This document shows positions 26,621-41,140 of a DNA stretch of 64,000 nt, one piece after another (the stretch's first letter is position 1; every line of letters starts with the position of its first letter). Source of the DNA: the human T2T-CHM13v2.0 reference genome, Homo sapiens; the NCBI RefSeq assembly GCF_009914755.1, contig NC_060932.1; one strand, given 5' to 3'. Under the pieces are notes generated by a model. It searched no databases, was not told the origin of the DNA, and saw only the letters and a list, made by a program, of their open reading frames with translations. The translations under genes and the position numbers were made by a program.

Positions 26621-28310
26621 TTTCAAGCAAATTAAACTTGGAATTAGTATAAAACATTGGAGAAGCCCATTCTTACAATGTACTAGGAAAATATGCAATG
26701 CATGTACTGGGACATGTGTAATGTTGAAGAAAGAAAATCTCTTAAAAACAAATTTTCTTTTGCAACAATTTGCACAGGAAACTATCATTTGGATGAGTTG
26801 ATTATCAGTGAGTATTGATGCTAGGATATGTGTATGTGGGAGCCTTGAAGCTTGATATGGAAATCACTATCATACAATGGTGCATTCTCATTGCTTAAAA
26901 GTTGGATGCCCTCAGGCATGATCAAAATATGTTAATGCCGGAGGCAATCTATGTAAGAATTCAGCAACTAGAAGACTACAGACAGGAGTCATGACAGTAT
27001 TGTCAGTGAAAGGGAATCTTCCTTGACTCTAGTTCCCATAACACCCACCCAGAAGATAATGATACTACGTAACTGGGATGGATATTTCAATTTCATTAGG
27101 TTTGTTGAGAAATTATTTTTTCTATTCCCATAGGATATTCACCCCAACCCTTCATTATGGTTCCAAAAATTCTGTCTAGATGCCTGTTTCCCACCAGGTT
27201 CACATAAGTGGTAATGACCTCAGAGCATGCCTTAGTGCATTCTGGGAGACTGCTTCATTTCCAAGGTCACTATTTCAATAGTAGTCCCAGAATTTAGGCC
27301 ATTATAAGCTTATTTGAGAATAAATTTTAGAATGATTGCTATAATTTCTATTCCGCAGGTTCAGAGCAGGATTCATTTAATAGGTTCAGAATTTTCTTAT
27401 GTTTATTTTTAAAATAACTTTTACAAATCAGGTACATGACAAACATCACTATTAATATAATTGCATTTTGAATTACTCAATTAAGAAAATGGAGTATATC
27501 AAGCAAGCCAAAGTCTTTATATTATTTTACTTTTTTCATCCGTGGTTTAATAATCTTGGGATTATTCCAAATTATGCAAAGCTTAATGATAACCCTCATA
27601 AGCATCATATCAGCATGAATTAACTAACTAGAAAATTAAATTCTCAATAAAAAATGATATAGACTAGAAAGGATATATAATTAATAGAAAATAGCAACAG
27701 CAAAGAATACCCATACAAATATTTTATGTTTACCTATATTCTTTTCATTTATATGTATTTATTATTTTATCTTTAAACACTGGCAACAAATATTTTTACA
27801 ATTACAGTTTTTCAAAATATTTTCAGTATTACATCATTCTAAATTAATAAAAATTAAATAAGACAGAAAAGCACAATGAAATTAATGTCAGGAATCATCA
27901 ATATTTTAAAAACATAATAATAAATTTCAAGTGAAATATGTTCTTGGTATATTTTCAAAATATTTTCTGGGATTTTACAAATACCAAGGCTTAAACGTCA
28001 AGTTTTGAATTAGATTATGACAAGTTCCATTTACATATTTTATTCCTCTTACGTTTGTATAGTGCCCCTCATACTTTCAAAAATAACTTTAACCATTTCA
28101 TATCCATTTTCACAAGTTTTATTCTAACCTCACAACAGATAATTCAGCAAGTGATAGCTGCAGAATATTTCAAGTCAATAACTCTTGGGGGTTGATTACA
28201 AAGAAGCAACAGTTTATTTGAATCGTCTGTCATTGAGACTTGTAAAGCAAGGAGCAAAACTCTCCTGTTTACCTCTTATCTTTCTTATTTAAGAAACTAT
28301 TGTTGCAAAT

Positions 28311-28314
<4 letters not shown>

Positions 28315-28354
<40 letters not shown>
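28315..28354. repeat. (AT)20 microsatellite
   Basis: Perfect AT dinucleotide run. Confidence 0.97.
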
Positions 28355-28356
<2 letters not shown>

Positions 28357-29319
28357 TTAAGACTTAGACATGTTATGTTGAAGGAGCTAAATTGGACAGC
28401 CTGTTTCTCAAGTATTTCCATTGGCTTGGTTCCAGTAAGAAAAAAAATATGATCTCCATGAAAATAATGACTGTTGTACACAATCTTTATAGTTGTAAGG
28501 ATGGTAGGGAGGTAATAATAGATATGTTTGGTGCAAGAGATCAACAATAACTGTCAAAGGGCACATCACCTGACCCTTTACTGTATGAAAACAATAATAA
28601 TAATTGTATGAAATGGGTTATTTATATTACTGCAAAATAACAACTTGGAGGGGTATCTTGTCTGATATCCTCAAAAATCTTTAAATATCTTCAAATTACA
28701 TTACTGCATCCAACTATGGAGGCATGATTTCCAAGAGATACCTCAAGAAATTTTCAACCTGTTCATTGTACCAGGCTTCTCTGGAGACTAGGATAGAATA
28801 TAGGCTCTAGAATATAGTCCCTGCCTCCATTAATTTGCTTATCTTTGAAATGACTTTGTCTGGATCTAACAAATGTGTTTGTTCTTAAGAATATGTTCTA
28901 ATAAAAATTTTGTCTATCTATGTAAGCATGGAGTAATCCTTCATTTCCATTTTTAAAAATAAAATAGCCAACAACTATAAAACAAAGAAACACCTCAGTA
29001 ATAGATTTCAGACACAAAATGTTGCTACCTCTGTGCCCGAAACAGTAAGATATTTCTTTTAGATTAATGCAGATGAAATTCAATAGGAGGCCTTTAAAGC
29101 TGACAGCATATTCTTCCTTCAACCAAAAGAGGAGTGTACCTTAACAACAAACAGAGGGCACATTTTCAACACACCACTAATAATTCTAACACTAATAGCC
29201 CATATGGTAAAGGGCTTTTTCCATAACAAACCTACGCCACAAGTAGAATCCTCCTGAAGAGACAATTACAATAATTAGACAAGTTTGTGTTTTTTTTTTC
29301 AGGATAGCATATCTTTTGA

Positions 29320-29450
29320 CTTAAATGGAGAAAACCCTCCATATTTCTCACCTGAACCATAGCATCTGGCATAACATAGATTCTCAAAATGTCAACTGAA
29401 TATATTTATTGAATAAAATCTGTTTGAAACTGTATGTCAATATAATTTTA
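29320..29450 (+). repeat. ~131-bp dispersed direct repeat, copy A
   Basis: About 88% identical by hand alignment (15 mismatches, 1 gap) to 30637-30768. Confidence 0.92.
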
Positions 29451-30519
29451 ATCCAATATTGTGAAATATTTTCAACATTGCAATAAGAGAATATAAACTA
29501 AGTAAGCTATCATAATTCTAAAAGAAAATAGTATGGTTTGGAAAGATTCTGTAGTATGAAATTAGAAGCAGGATTTTTGTTTTAAACACTGATATAAACA
29601 AGTTGCATAGACCAAAGCATAAAATTTGATAGGAAATATCTCTTAAAATTCTCATGGTAAATTAGAAAGCACTGCAATCAACCACCATCTGGTGATTGTT
29701 TATAAGATGAATTGTACAGGGATCTAGGCATTTCTATTGGGATTTAATGAGTTAGTTAGAAGGAACAAGAATGCAAAAAAAAAATTCTCTACAAATATTT
29801 TAATTAGGTAGTGTTCCAATTTCATACAATAAAGGTTACTGCCAGATGAAATGATATAATACATTCAGTTCTTCCCTTAGTTTTGTTTTGCAACATGTAT
29901 GACTACTACATCATTCATGTTTCATTTCCAAAGTCTTTACAGAATTTTTTTGTATGTGTATGTGAGAGTTGAGTGGGTGGGGCATTCAGAGGAATAGTTA
30001 AGGATTGTGAGATTCTACATTGAAAAATCCTGGTCAACATTAATTGATAATTATGCCCTAGAAATTAAATACATTTGTTTGGCAAAATGATAAATACGGG
30101 TTTTCAAATTTGAAAAAATTCTTTATGTTAAAATAGTGGCAATTTAAGCAAATATTAGTTTATGGAAATTTACATTTTATTCATTTCCCTTCTCTTTGTT
30201 AGAAAACAATTACCCATTTTACTTATTTAAATAATTAACAGGATAGCAGTACATTTGACTGCCTCTTTGAGTAATTTGAGCCTCTTTAATTTTATGTTTT
30301 TTCAATTCATATTAGAATCAGAAACTACATTGACCCAGAGAATAACTGGAAAATTAACAATGCTCTCTTTCACTGCCTTTGTGAGTTAATCAGTCATTAT
30401 AGAATGAAGAAAAGAATACATGAAATTTTTGACAAAGTATCACAAGATGCCTTATGATAACTGGCATAAGATGTATTGAGCTTTCATGGCAATATATCAG
30501 TCAAATACATTATGCCACC

Positions 30520-30634
30520 AGATAGATAGGTTGATAGATAGATAGAGAGACAGACAGATAGATAGATGGCTTAAAAGGAGAAATGTATATATACGTAGCA
30601 TATATACATATAGTGTGTGTGTATACATATATAT
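30520..30634. repeat. (GATA)n then (TA/TG)n low-complexity tract
   Basis: Direct observation. Confidence 0.9.
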
Positions 30635-30636
30635 GC

Positions 30637-30768
30637 CTTAAATGGAGAAAACCCTCCATATTTCCTATCTGAAACACAGTGAGTGACATAACATAGATTC
30701 TCAAAATGCCTACTGAATATAGTTATTGAATAAAATCTATTTGAAACTGTATGTTCAAAATAATTTTA
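30637..30768 (+). repeat. ~132-bp dispersed direct repeat, copy B
   Basis: First 28 nt (cttaaatggagaaaaccctccatatttc) identical to copy A. Confidence 0.92.
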
Positions 30769-33700
30769 TCTATATATATATTAAATATTATCTATAGTTA
30801 GATATGGTGGTATAATGTATTTGACTGATAGCTTGGCATGAAAGCTCAATATATATATATATTTATATATATGTTTCTGAGTAATATAAAGGATCTAGTA
30901 ATGTGATTATATATTACATGAAGAAACTGTTCTATTTTGAAACTGCTTCTTTTACAAACTTAGCTGTTTTTACAAGTATGCCTATTTAATTTCATGGGAT
31001 AATAAGAAAACATGTATATAGGTCATAGGAGGATAATGCTTAATGAAATAACAGATATAGTGGAATTAAGATTTGTATATAGAAATAATAATTCTATTAT
31101 AAACTAATTGGTGATTTGAAACTATTAAATATCATTATGTGTGTATGTGTTCATTTTATTATTTCTATCTCATGATCATTTATTCACTAAATCTTAGTAT
31201 TTGGCATACTGAGTGTCCTTATCCTCTCAGGAGCATCTTCCATTTCAAAGGCATGAATCATAGTGGAAAGATATCAGCATCATTGAGGCAAAATATTGAA
31301 TTGGCAGTCTGGAATGAAGGTCTGAATTGGGACCAAGAAAAAAAATGTCCAGGACTATGTTCCATAATGAAATATATTATTAACTAAAACTCGTTACCTA
31401 AGATGTTTCCTTGGTCCATTTAAAAGTATTTGGAAATAATTTTTCTCTTGTACTATCTTGTAAGCCTTGTTGTTTCCTAAGTCCATGTTTAAGAATGTTC
31501 ATAAATGATATAATACATATTTATGACTAACAATTTCAATTGATTTATATTTAAACAGGGATAAAGGATCTATTTCTACTTGTTTATTTTTGAAGTTACA
31601 CTGGAAATAGTCACATTTTATTTTAGGTAAATCTTATGCTTTGCTGAGCATTAATGTTTCCACTAAGCCATACAAGTGCAAAACAAACAGATCTATGTGC
31701 ATAGTTACACTTGTCTGATTTTAGAATTAAAGATGAACAGAGTCAGCCTAAGGCAAATTTGTGATGAAAGAGATAAAGTTGAACATCAGCTCACCTACTT
31801 CCTTCTGTTTGCTTTCAGAATGTAACATCTTTTCTAAGCTTTGAGAACTCTCTATTCTTTTCTGTGCTCCCTGTCATGAAGTATGCTGAAATATTTATGG
31901 CTTATTGGGTAATTTAGTATTTGAAATGAAAGAACATAAGTAGAATAATGAATAGAGAATCTCTGTCAATTTATTCCTGTCTCCTACATTGTACACTACT
32001 AACACAAGTAATCAAACTGATAAATACCATGTCAAAGTCTGTCTTGGGAATGAGAGGTCATGAGAGTGGACTCTAGATTGTTATAAAGTTTGTATGTGTG
32101 TGTGAGAAATATTTGTTAAGGATGTCAAAGACCTAAATTTTTCCTTCTCTTATCTTCTTACAAATTGCCCTGTGGTAAAAAGCATGATAACACCAGGTCT
32201 TTATGACTGTTACTGCCCAAACTAAGTCCCTGTTACAGCATATTTCTTCACCGAAGTGGGTCTTAAACTGTGGTCTCCCTACAATTGATGGTCCTAGAAA
32301 CCTTTTCAAGATATCTAGAATCTCAACCCTATTTCTATAATAATACTAATGATTATTTGCCTTTTCCACTGTGCTGACATTTGCACCGACAGAGAAAAAA
32401 CAATGGTGTATAAAAATGCTGGCAGCTTAATAAAATTAAGTGAGTGCCTGAAACCGCACTCATTACCATAATGTTCTTCACTGGCAGGCAATTGTGGTTA
32501 AAATGAGGAAGAAGAGTCAGGGGTAAGATGGCCAACTAGATGCACGTGGAAACGGTCACTCCCACACAGAAAGACTGGGATTTCGACTAAATCAACAAAA
32601 TTTGAACAGCTGTTGGGAGAGAAAATGCTGAATGTGGATGGAGAAAAGATACAAATGAGGCTTAAATGGGAGGCACCTGGGAATGTCTCACGGGGTGCCT
32701 GAATCTCAGGGCTGGTTCCTAGCCCTTAATAGTCCTTGAAGAAAGGGTGAATGAAAGGGCTGGGGGACTACTTACTCTTGCCATGGACCTTTGATATTCT
32801 AGCTGCAGGCGACCCCACATCCCCATGGGCGTTTGAGCTGGCAGGGGGATTTTCCCAGAAATTAAATGGAAATGGAGCTGTAGGAAGCATGGAGCCAGGA
32901 AACTTTTAGTATGGGATAGCTCTGGCGGAGCCTAGCTATAAGTGCCCACCCCCGCCTCTTCAGGGCTGCCCATCTCCCTCTGAGAGGTTCTGGCCCCAAC
33001 TAGTCACTGTGCTTGCCTCCTTGCAGGACTGGGGAATGCCTGTCCTGCAGGCCCCCCTATCCATCAGTCCCATTCCGGGCTTCTGCCTGGCCACCCGCAG
33101 GAGAATGTACACAGTGCAGCCTCTACTGCTAACGTGGGCGCTTCGTTTCTACAGAGTGCATTCCATTAGCCTAGAAGTGTTTGGGGTCACCCAGTGCACC
33201 TGGAACCCCACCCTGAGGGCCTGGAGGAAATAGCCATGAGCAGATCTTGGAGCTTGAGGGCTGTAGCCTGTGGTTCAGGAGTGCCATGACAGGATCTGTG
33301 CCTGGCTCTCGATGCGGGGAAGAGCAGACACTCTTACAAAATGAGAGGGTTAAGTGGCACAGGTCCATGGGTTGGTATGGGACCTGGGCGTACCTCCCTC
33401 CACAGGGTTTGTCCAGTAAGTGTGTGACTCATCTTCTTACTGGACCTCTCCCCAGGACAGCCCTCTGGTCAGAAAGACCTAACAACAACAACAACTTTGG
33501 GGGCACAATGCCAGTGTTTAAAGATGGCTCCCCCAAAACCCAGGAGTGGGAGTATTGAGGGGATCACGTCTCTCCCGGTCACAGGGCAGTATATAGCTAC
33601 AAAAGTGAGAATACACAAAAAGCCATGGCTGAGCAAGAGCTTATTTACTGCCCATTGCTTTCAAGTGCCATCTGCGGGATAGCAGCCTAAACTACAACAC

Positions 33701-34115
33701 CAAAAAGCACTCATTCTCACCCCTGTGTAGGCAAGGGTAAGAATTCAATAACAAAGACCCTGTACATAGCCTTAGCCCTCTAAAAATTTCCAAAACAAAG
33801 CCACCTGACTAAACTCAATTTACACCACAGTTAAAGGAATACCAAACCTCCCAGATGAGAAAGAATCAGGGCAAGAACTCTGGAAATTCAAAAAGCCAGT
33901 GTCCCCTTACCTCCAAAAAAGCGCACTAGCTCCCCAGCAATGATCTATAACCAGTCTGAAATGTCTTAAATGGCAGACATGGAATTCAGAATCTGGATAA
34001 CAAGAATCCTCATCAAGATCCAGGAGAAAATAGAAAGTCAATCCAAGGAAGCCAAGCAGTCCAGTAAAGTGAGTCAAGAGCTGAAAAAGGAAAAAGCCAT
34101 TTTAAGAAAGGCTCA

Positions 34116-34472
<357 letters not shown>

Positions 34473-34613
34473 AAGAATGTTGTAATACAATTGGAAGTAT
34501 CAACAGCCAAACAGACTAAGATGAAGAAAGAAATTCAGAGCTCAAAGACCAGTTCTTTAAATCAACTCAGTATTTTTTTAATTAGAGAAACGAACGAAAC
34601 CTACAAGAAATAT

Positions 34614-35263
34614 TAATGTGGTGTCATTGTCTGGGGTAAATACCTGGGGCTTGTTGTCTCGCACCAAGAAGATTAAAGACACGAACACGCATGAGGAGTG
34701 GGTTTAGGAGAGGAGGTTTAATAGGCAAAAGAAAGAGAAAGGAGAATTCAGCTGTCTCCCTTGTGAGAGAGAGGGGCTTCCAAAAGGAAAACCCAGCCCA
34801 TGGCAGACTGCATTAGAATTTATAGGCAGGCTTCAGGAGGCGGTGTCTGATTTAAGTAGGGCACAACAGATTGGTTCCATCAGGTGTGTTGTTTATATAG
34901 CTCATGGGGTAGGCTGGTCACCCCACACTAATCTTATTATGCAAATGGGCTTTCCACTTGGCTGGTGCCATATTATCTGCTCTTTACTGTACACATGGTT
35001 GGCAATGAGAAGGAAACATGGAGCTGTCATTTCAAACATGCCTTTGAACATCCCAGGTAGCCTTTCCTATTGGCACAACTGCCAGCATTCATCTGTGCAA
35101 GCTTCCAGCTTGCTTGTCTATGTCTGCAGCTTGTTTTTACAGGCTTCTCTTTGTTAGAAAAGAAAATGATTTGGGGGCTGCTTTTCATTAAAATGCGAAC
35201 CTTTCTGAGGACTCCTGTACCCTCACTGTCTACCTAAGTAATTTCTTCTTAACTCATATATCA
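34614..35263 (-). mobile_element. LTR9-family (LTR9B-like) ERV1 solo LTR in L1 ORF1
   Basis: Reverse strand begins tgatatatgagttaagaagaaattacttagg and contains aagcagcccccaaatcattttc; 4-bp TSD atat (34610-34613, 35264-35267). Confidence 0.85.
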
Positions 35264-35959
35264 ATATGGGATTATATATATAGAGATCAAATCTACAACT
35301 CACTGGCATTCCTGAGAGAAATAAAATAAGAACAAAATAAAATAAAAATGTTATTTTCCTAAGAAAATAAGCAATTTCAAAAATATATTTTGAGGATATA
35401 GTCTGTGAAAATTTCTCTAATCTTGCTAGAGTGGTTAGCGTACAAATTCAAGAAATGCAGAGAACTCTGACCAGATACTATACAAGATAACCATACCAAA
35501 GGCACATAGATATCATATTCACCAGATCAAATAGTGATCAAAGTCAATGCAGAAGAAAAAATCTTAAAGGTAGCTACAGAGAAGGAGCAGGTCACTTGCA
35601 GTGGGAACCCCATCAGGCTAATAACAGACCTCTTAGCGGAAATATTACAAGCCAGAAGACATAGAAGAGATTGAGAACCTATTTTCAGAATCCCTAAAGA
35701 AAAGAAATTACAACAAAAAATTTTATCCTGCCAAACTATGCTTCACAAATAAATGAGAAATAACATCCTTTTCAGACAAGCAAATGCTAAAGGAATAGAT
35801 TTCAACTAGACCAGCCTTATAAGTCCTTAAGGGAGTGCTAAACATAGAATCAAAAGGATGACACCTGCTACAACAAAAACACCCTTAAGCACATAGCCCA
35901 CAAGCACTATAAAGCAACTACATGATCAAGTCTACATAATGACCAGATAACACAACATG

Positions 35960-38900
35960 ATGACAGGATCAAAATCACATATACCAATACTAACCTTGAA
36001 TGTAAATAGGCTAAATGTCCCACTTAAAGACACAAAGTAGCAGGCTGAATAAAAAGATAAGTTACTGTTATCTTCAATAGATCCATCTCTCATGTAATGA
36101 CATCCACAGGCTCAAATTTAAAGAGTGGAGTAAGATCTACCATGCAAATAGAAAACAAACAAAACAAAATAAGAGTCACTAATATTATATCAAATAAAAC
36201 AGACTTTAAGCCAATAAAAATTAAGAAGGATACTGAAGATCATTGCATAATATTAAAGGATATAATCCAACAAGAAGCCTTAACTCTCCTAAATATATAT
36301 GCAGTCAACATTGCAGCACTCAGATTCATAAAACAAATTCTTCTTAGCCTATGAAAAGACTTAGACAACCACACAATAATAGTGGGAGACTTTAACACCA
36401 CACTGAAAGTGATAGCTCTTTGAGGAAGAAAACTAAAAAAGAATCTCTAGAGTTAAATTTGACACTTGATCAGCTAGACATAATAGACATCTACAGAATA
36501 TTCCACCTAACAACCACAGGATATGCATTCTTCTAATCTGCACACAGGACATATTCTAAGATTGACCACATGCTCAGTAACAAAGCAAATATCAATGAAT
36601 TTTTTAAATTGAGATCATATAAAGGATACACTTGGACCACAGTGCAAAAAAAATAGAAATCAATATCAAAAAAAGTCACTCAAAACTACACAAATACATG
36701 AAAACTAAACAACTTACACCTGAAAAACTCTTGTGTGAACATTGAAATTAAGGCAAAATTTTTTTAAAAAATCTTTGAAATTAATACAAATTAGGACACA
36801 ACTTATCAAAATTTCTGGATGCAGCTAAAGCAGCGTCAAGAAGAAAGTTTATAGAAATAAACACCTTCATCAAGAAGTTAGAAAGATCTCAATTTAAATA
36901 TCTAACTTTGCACCTAGCGGAACTAGAAAAAAAAGCTTGCAGAAGAAAATAATAACTAAAATTAGAGAAGAACCTAATGAAATTGAGATGCAAACATCCA
37001 TACGAAAGATCAATGAAAACAAGAGTTTTTAAAAATAAGATTGATAGACCACTTGCTAGCTTAACAAAGAAAAATAAAAAGATCCAAATAAGCACAATCA
37101 GAGATGACAAAGGGATATTACAACTGATCTTGCAGAAATGCAAAAGCTCCTCAGAGAGGACTGTGTAAAACTCTATGCACAAAAATTAGAAAATCTAGAG
37201 GAAGTGGATAAATTTCTGGAAGCACACAATCTCCCAAGGTTGAACCAGGAAGAGATTAAACCAGAAAACAGAAAGATAACAACTTCTGAAATTGAATCAG
37301 TAATAAAGAGCCTACCAACCAAAAAAAAAAAAAAAAAAAAACCCTGGACCAGATGGATTCACAGCCAAATGCTACCAAATCTAGAAAGAAGAACTAATAC
37401 CAATCCTACTGAAAATATTGAGCAGGAGGAGCAGGAGGGGCTCCTCCCTAACTCATTCTGTGAAGCCAGCATCAGCCTGATATCAAAATGTGGCAGAGAT
37501 ACAAAGAAAAGCAAACAAAAAAATATAAAACACCCCAGGCCAATATCCCTGATGAACATAGACACAAAATCCTCAACAAAATATTAGCAAACCGAATCCA
37601 TCAGCACATTATAAAGTTAATATACCGCAATAAAGTAGGCTTTATTCCTGGGAGGTAAATCTGGTTAAATATATGCAAATCAGTATATGTGATTCACCAT
37701 GTAAACAGAATTTAAAGCAAAAACCACAAGACCATTTCAATAGACACAGAAAATGCTTTTGATAAAATCTAACATCCCTTAATGAAAAAAGTCTTTAACA
37801 GATTAGAAATGGAAGGAACATACCTCAAAATAAAATAAAAAGCCATCTATGATAAACCCAAAGCCAACATCATACTGAATGGGAAAAAGCTCAAAACATT
37901 CCCCTTGAGAACTGGAACAAGAAAAAGATGACTGCTCTCTCTCACCACTCCTGTTAAACATAGAACTGAAAATACTATCTACAGCAGTCAGGCAAGAGAG
38001 AAAAAAAAAAAAAAAAAAAGCATCCGAATAGGAAGTCAAACTATCTCTCTTCTCTGACAATATGATTCTATACCTAGAACATCCTAAAATCTCTGTATAA
38101 AAAGCCTCCTAGAACTGATAAATGACTAATAAAGTGTTAAGGTAAAAAATAAATATACAAAAATGAGTAGTATTTCTATACATCAAAAATATCCAGGCTG
38201 AAAATGAAATCAAGAACACAACCAGATTTACAATGGCCACAAAGAAAATGAAATACCTAGGAATACAGCTAACTAAGGAGGTAAAAGGTCTCTACAATGA
38301 GAAGTAAAAACTGCTGCTGAAAGAAATCAGAGATGACACAAATGAATGGAAAAATATTCCATGCTCATGGATTGGAAGAATCAGTATCATAAAAATGGCC
38401 ATACTGCCCAGAGCAATTTACAGATTCAACACTATTCCTGTCACACTATCAATGTCATTCTTCAAAGAATTAGAAAAAAAAAAACCTATTTTGTAATTCA
38501 TATAACAGCAAAAAGTAGCCTGAATGCCAAAGCAACCCTAAACAAAAAACAAAGCATCACCTAACCTGATTTCAAACAATACTCTAAACCCACAGTAGCC
38601 AAAACAGATTTTAAAGGTACAAAATCAGACACATAGACCAATGGAACAGAATAGAAAACTCAAAAATAAAGCTGCATGCTTACCACCATCTGATCTTTGA
38701 CCAGACAATAAAAAACAAGCAATGGAAAAAGGATTCCCTATTTAATAAATAGTGCTGGGATAACTGGCTAGCCATATGTAGAAGATTGAAGCTGGATCCC
38801 TACCTTTCACCACAAATAAAAATTAACTCAAAATGTATCAAATATTTAAATGTAAGTCCTCAATTTATACAAATTTGTAAATTTTTATAACATTTATAAA

Positions 38901-39810
38901 AATCCTGGAAGACAACTTAGGAAATACTCTTCTCAACATTGGCCTTGGCAAACAATTTTTGGCTAACTCCCCAAGAGCAAATATGACAAAAACCAAAAAT
39001 AGACAAGTGGGACCTAATTAAACTAAAGAACTTCCGCATAGCATAAGAAACTATTAACAGATTAAACAGACAAACTAGAGAATGAGAAAATATATTCACA
39101 AACTATCCATCCACCAAAAGACTAATATCCAGAATATTCAAGGAACTTAAACTAATCTGCAAGCAAAAAACAAATAACCTAATTAAAAATGGGCAAAAGA
39201 CATGAACAGACACTTCTCAAAAGAAGACATACAAACAGTAAACAAAAAAAATGTGCTCCATGTCACTCATCATCAGAGAAATGCAAATCAAAACCACAAT
39301 GAGATACCATCTCACACCAGTCAGAATGACTATTACTAAAAAGTCGACAAACAACAGATGCTGGTGAGACTGTCGAGAAAAAAGAATGCTTATACACTAT
39401 GACTGTGGGATGGAATGTAAAGTAGTTCAGCCACTGCAAAAAGCAGTTTGGAGATTTCTCAAAGAACTTAGAAACAGAATTACTATTTGACCCAGCATTC
39501 TCATTACTGGGTATATATCCAAAAGAAAACAAATATTTCTACCAAAAGGACATATGCAATTGCATGTTCATTACTGCACTATTCACAATAGCAAAGACAT
39601 GGAATCAACCTGGGTGCCCATCAATGGTAGATCGGATGAAGAAAATAGATACATCTACACCATGGAATACTATGAAGCCAAAAAAAAAAAAAAAGAGAAA
39701 TAATGTTCTTTACAGCAATATAGTTGGAGCTGGAGGTCATACACTAAAGTGAATTTATGCAGGAACAGAAAACCAAATACCCCATGTTCTCACTTATAAG
39801 TGGGAGTGAA
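35960..39810 (+). pseudogene. L1PA15/16 ORF2 (endonuclease/RT), many stops and frameshifts
   Basis: ORF-track fragments [50 protein letters not shown]. Confidence 0.92.
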
Positions 39811-40685
39811 AGATTGAACACACATGGACATAAATATGGGAACAATGGACACTGTGGACTACTAGAGAGGGGAAGGTAGGGGTTTGGAAAACTACCTGTT
39901 GGGTACTATGTTCACTATCTGGGTGGTAGAGTTCATTATTCAAATCTCAGCATTATGTAATATTTCCATGTAACAAAGCCCCATATACACCCTATATCTA
40001 AAATAAAAGTTGAAATTTTAAAAAATGAAGAAGGATAAGTAGGAGAAAGAACAAGCCAATTTAACTTAGGATTGTTCTCATGGAAAAAAAACCTAATAAT
40101 TAACCTCAATCCTTGAATAAATGTGTTTTCAATATTCTGTGTTACAAAAAGACATGTATACCTGAAGTACTGTTGATGCATATGTAAAAATAATGACTCT
40201 TCAGAAAAAAAAAAAAACAAAAAAAACACTTGTTAGAGTTGTGAGCTGAATTTGCCATATTTTAGTGGAAGACCATTTTCATTTGAGAAAGTTTGGAAGA
40301 ACAAACTTTGATTATTCACATTTGGGCATTTGACAAACAGCTGAAAAAAAATGAAATGAGACTGACGCTAGAGAAAAATTGCAATATGTATGGCCAATAA
40401 TAAGGTTCAAGCTTTCAAGAGAAAATAAATTTGGGGGAAACTTATTTCACCATGAGATTGATAGTTTCCTAGATAGAGTCTAGGAAGAGTCTATTGATGA
40501 GATCGGAGGTGATATTAATGATTGCGATTTTCCTATCTTGTATAATGAATTTTGTGAAACTATGGCAGATCTGAATAACTTAATGAACCAATATTTTTCC
40601 TATGAGCAAATCATGATATTGCATTGCATGAAGTTAAGAGAATCAAATGGCAAGGCAAAATATTATAAAATTGCACATGAGCATA

Positions 40686-41140
40686 CTATATTATGCTGAG
40701 TGAAATAACTAGACACAGAAAAATATTGCATGATTTCACTTATATGTGGAATGTGCAAAAATATTCAAACATACAAAGAGAACAAAACAGTGTTTATCAG
40801 GAGCAGTTGGGGGGTGGGATGGGGAGACATAGTTCAGATGATACAAAGTAGTAGATATGAATAATCTATAGATCTTACGCACAATATGAAGACTTTGGTA
40901 AATTGCATTGTATTTGGGATTCATGCTAAATGAGTAGATTTTAGCTGCTCTTTCACCAAAACAAAGAGAGAATGGATAGCTATGTGAGATGATGAATATG
41001 TGAGTTCACTTGACTATAGTAACCTTTCTGCTATTTATATGTAATCCCATAACACCATGTTGTAAACCTTAAATATGCACAATAAAAACATATTTTAAAA
41101 ATAAGATTAAAAATATAGGCAATAAAATATATTTTAAAAA
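40686..41140 (+). mobile_element. L1MA 3' end inserted in Charlie1
   Basis: ttatgctgagtgaaataa, cacttatatgtggaat, tgctaaatgagtagattttagctgctct, A-rich tail. Confidence 0.85.
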
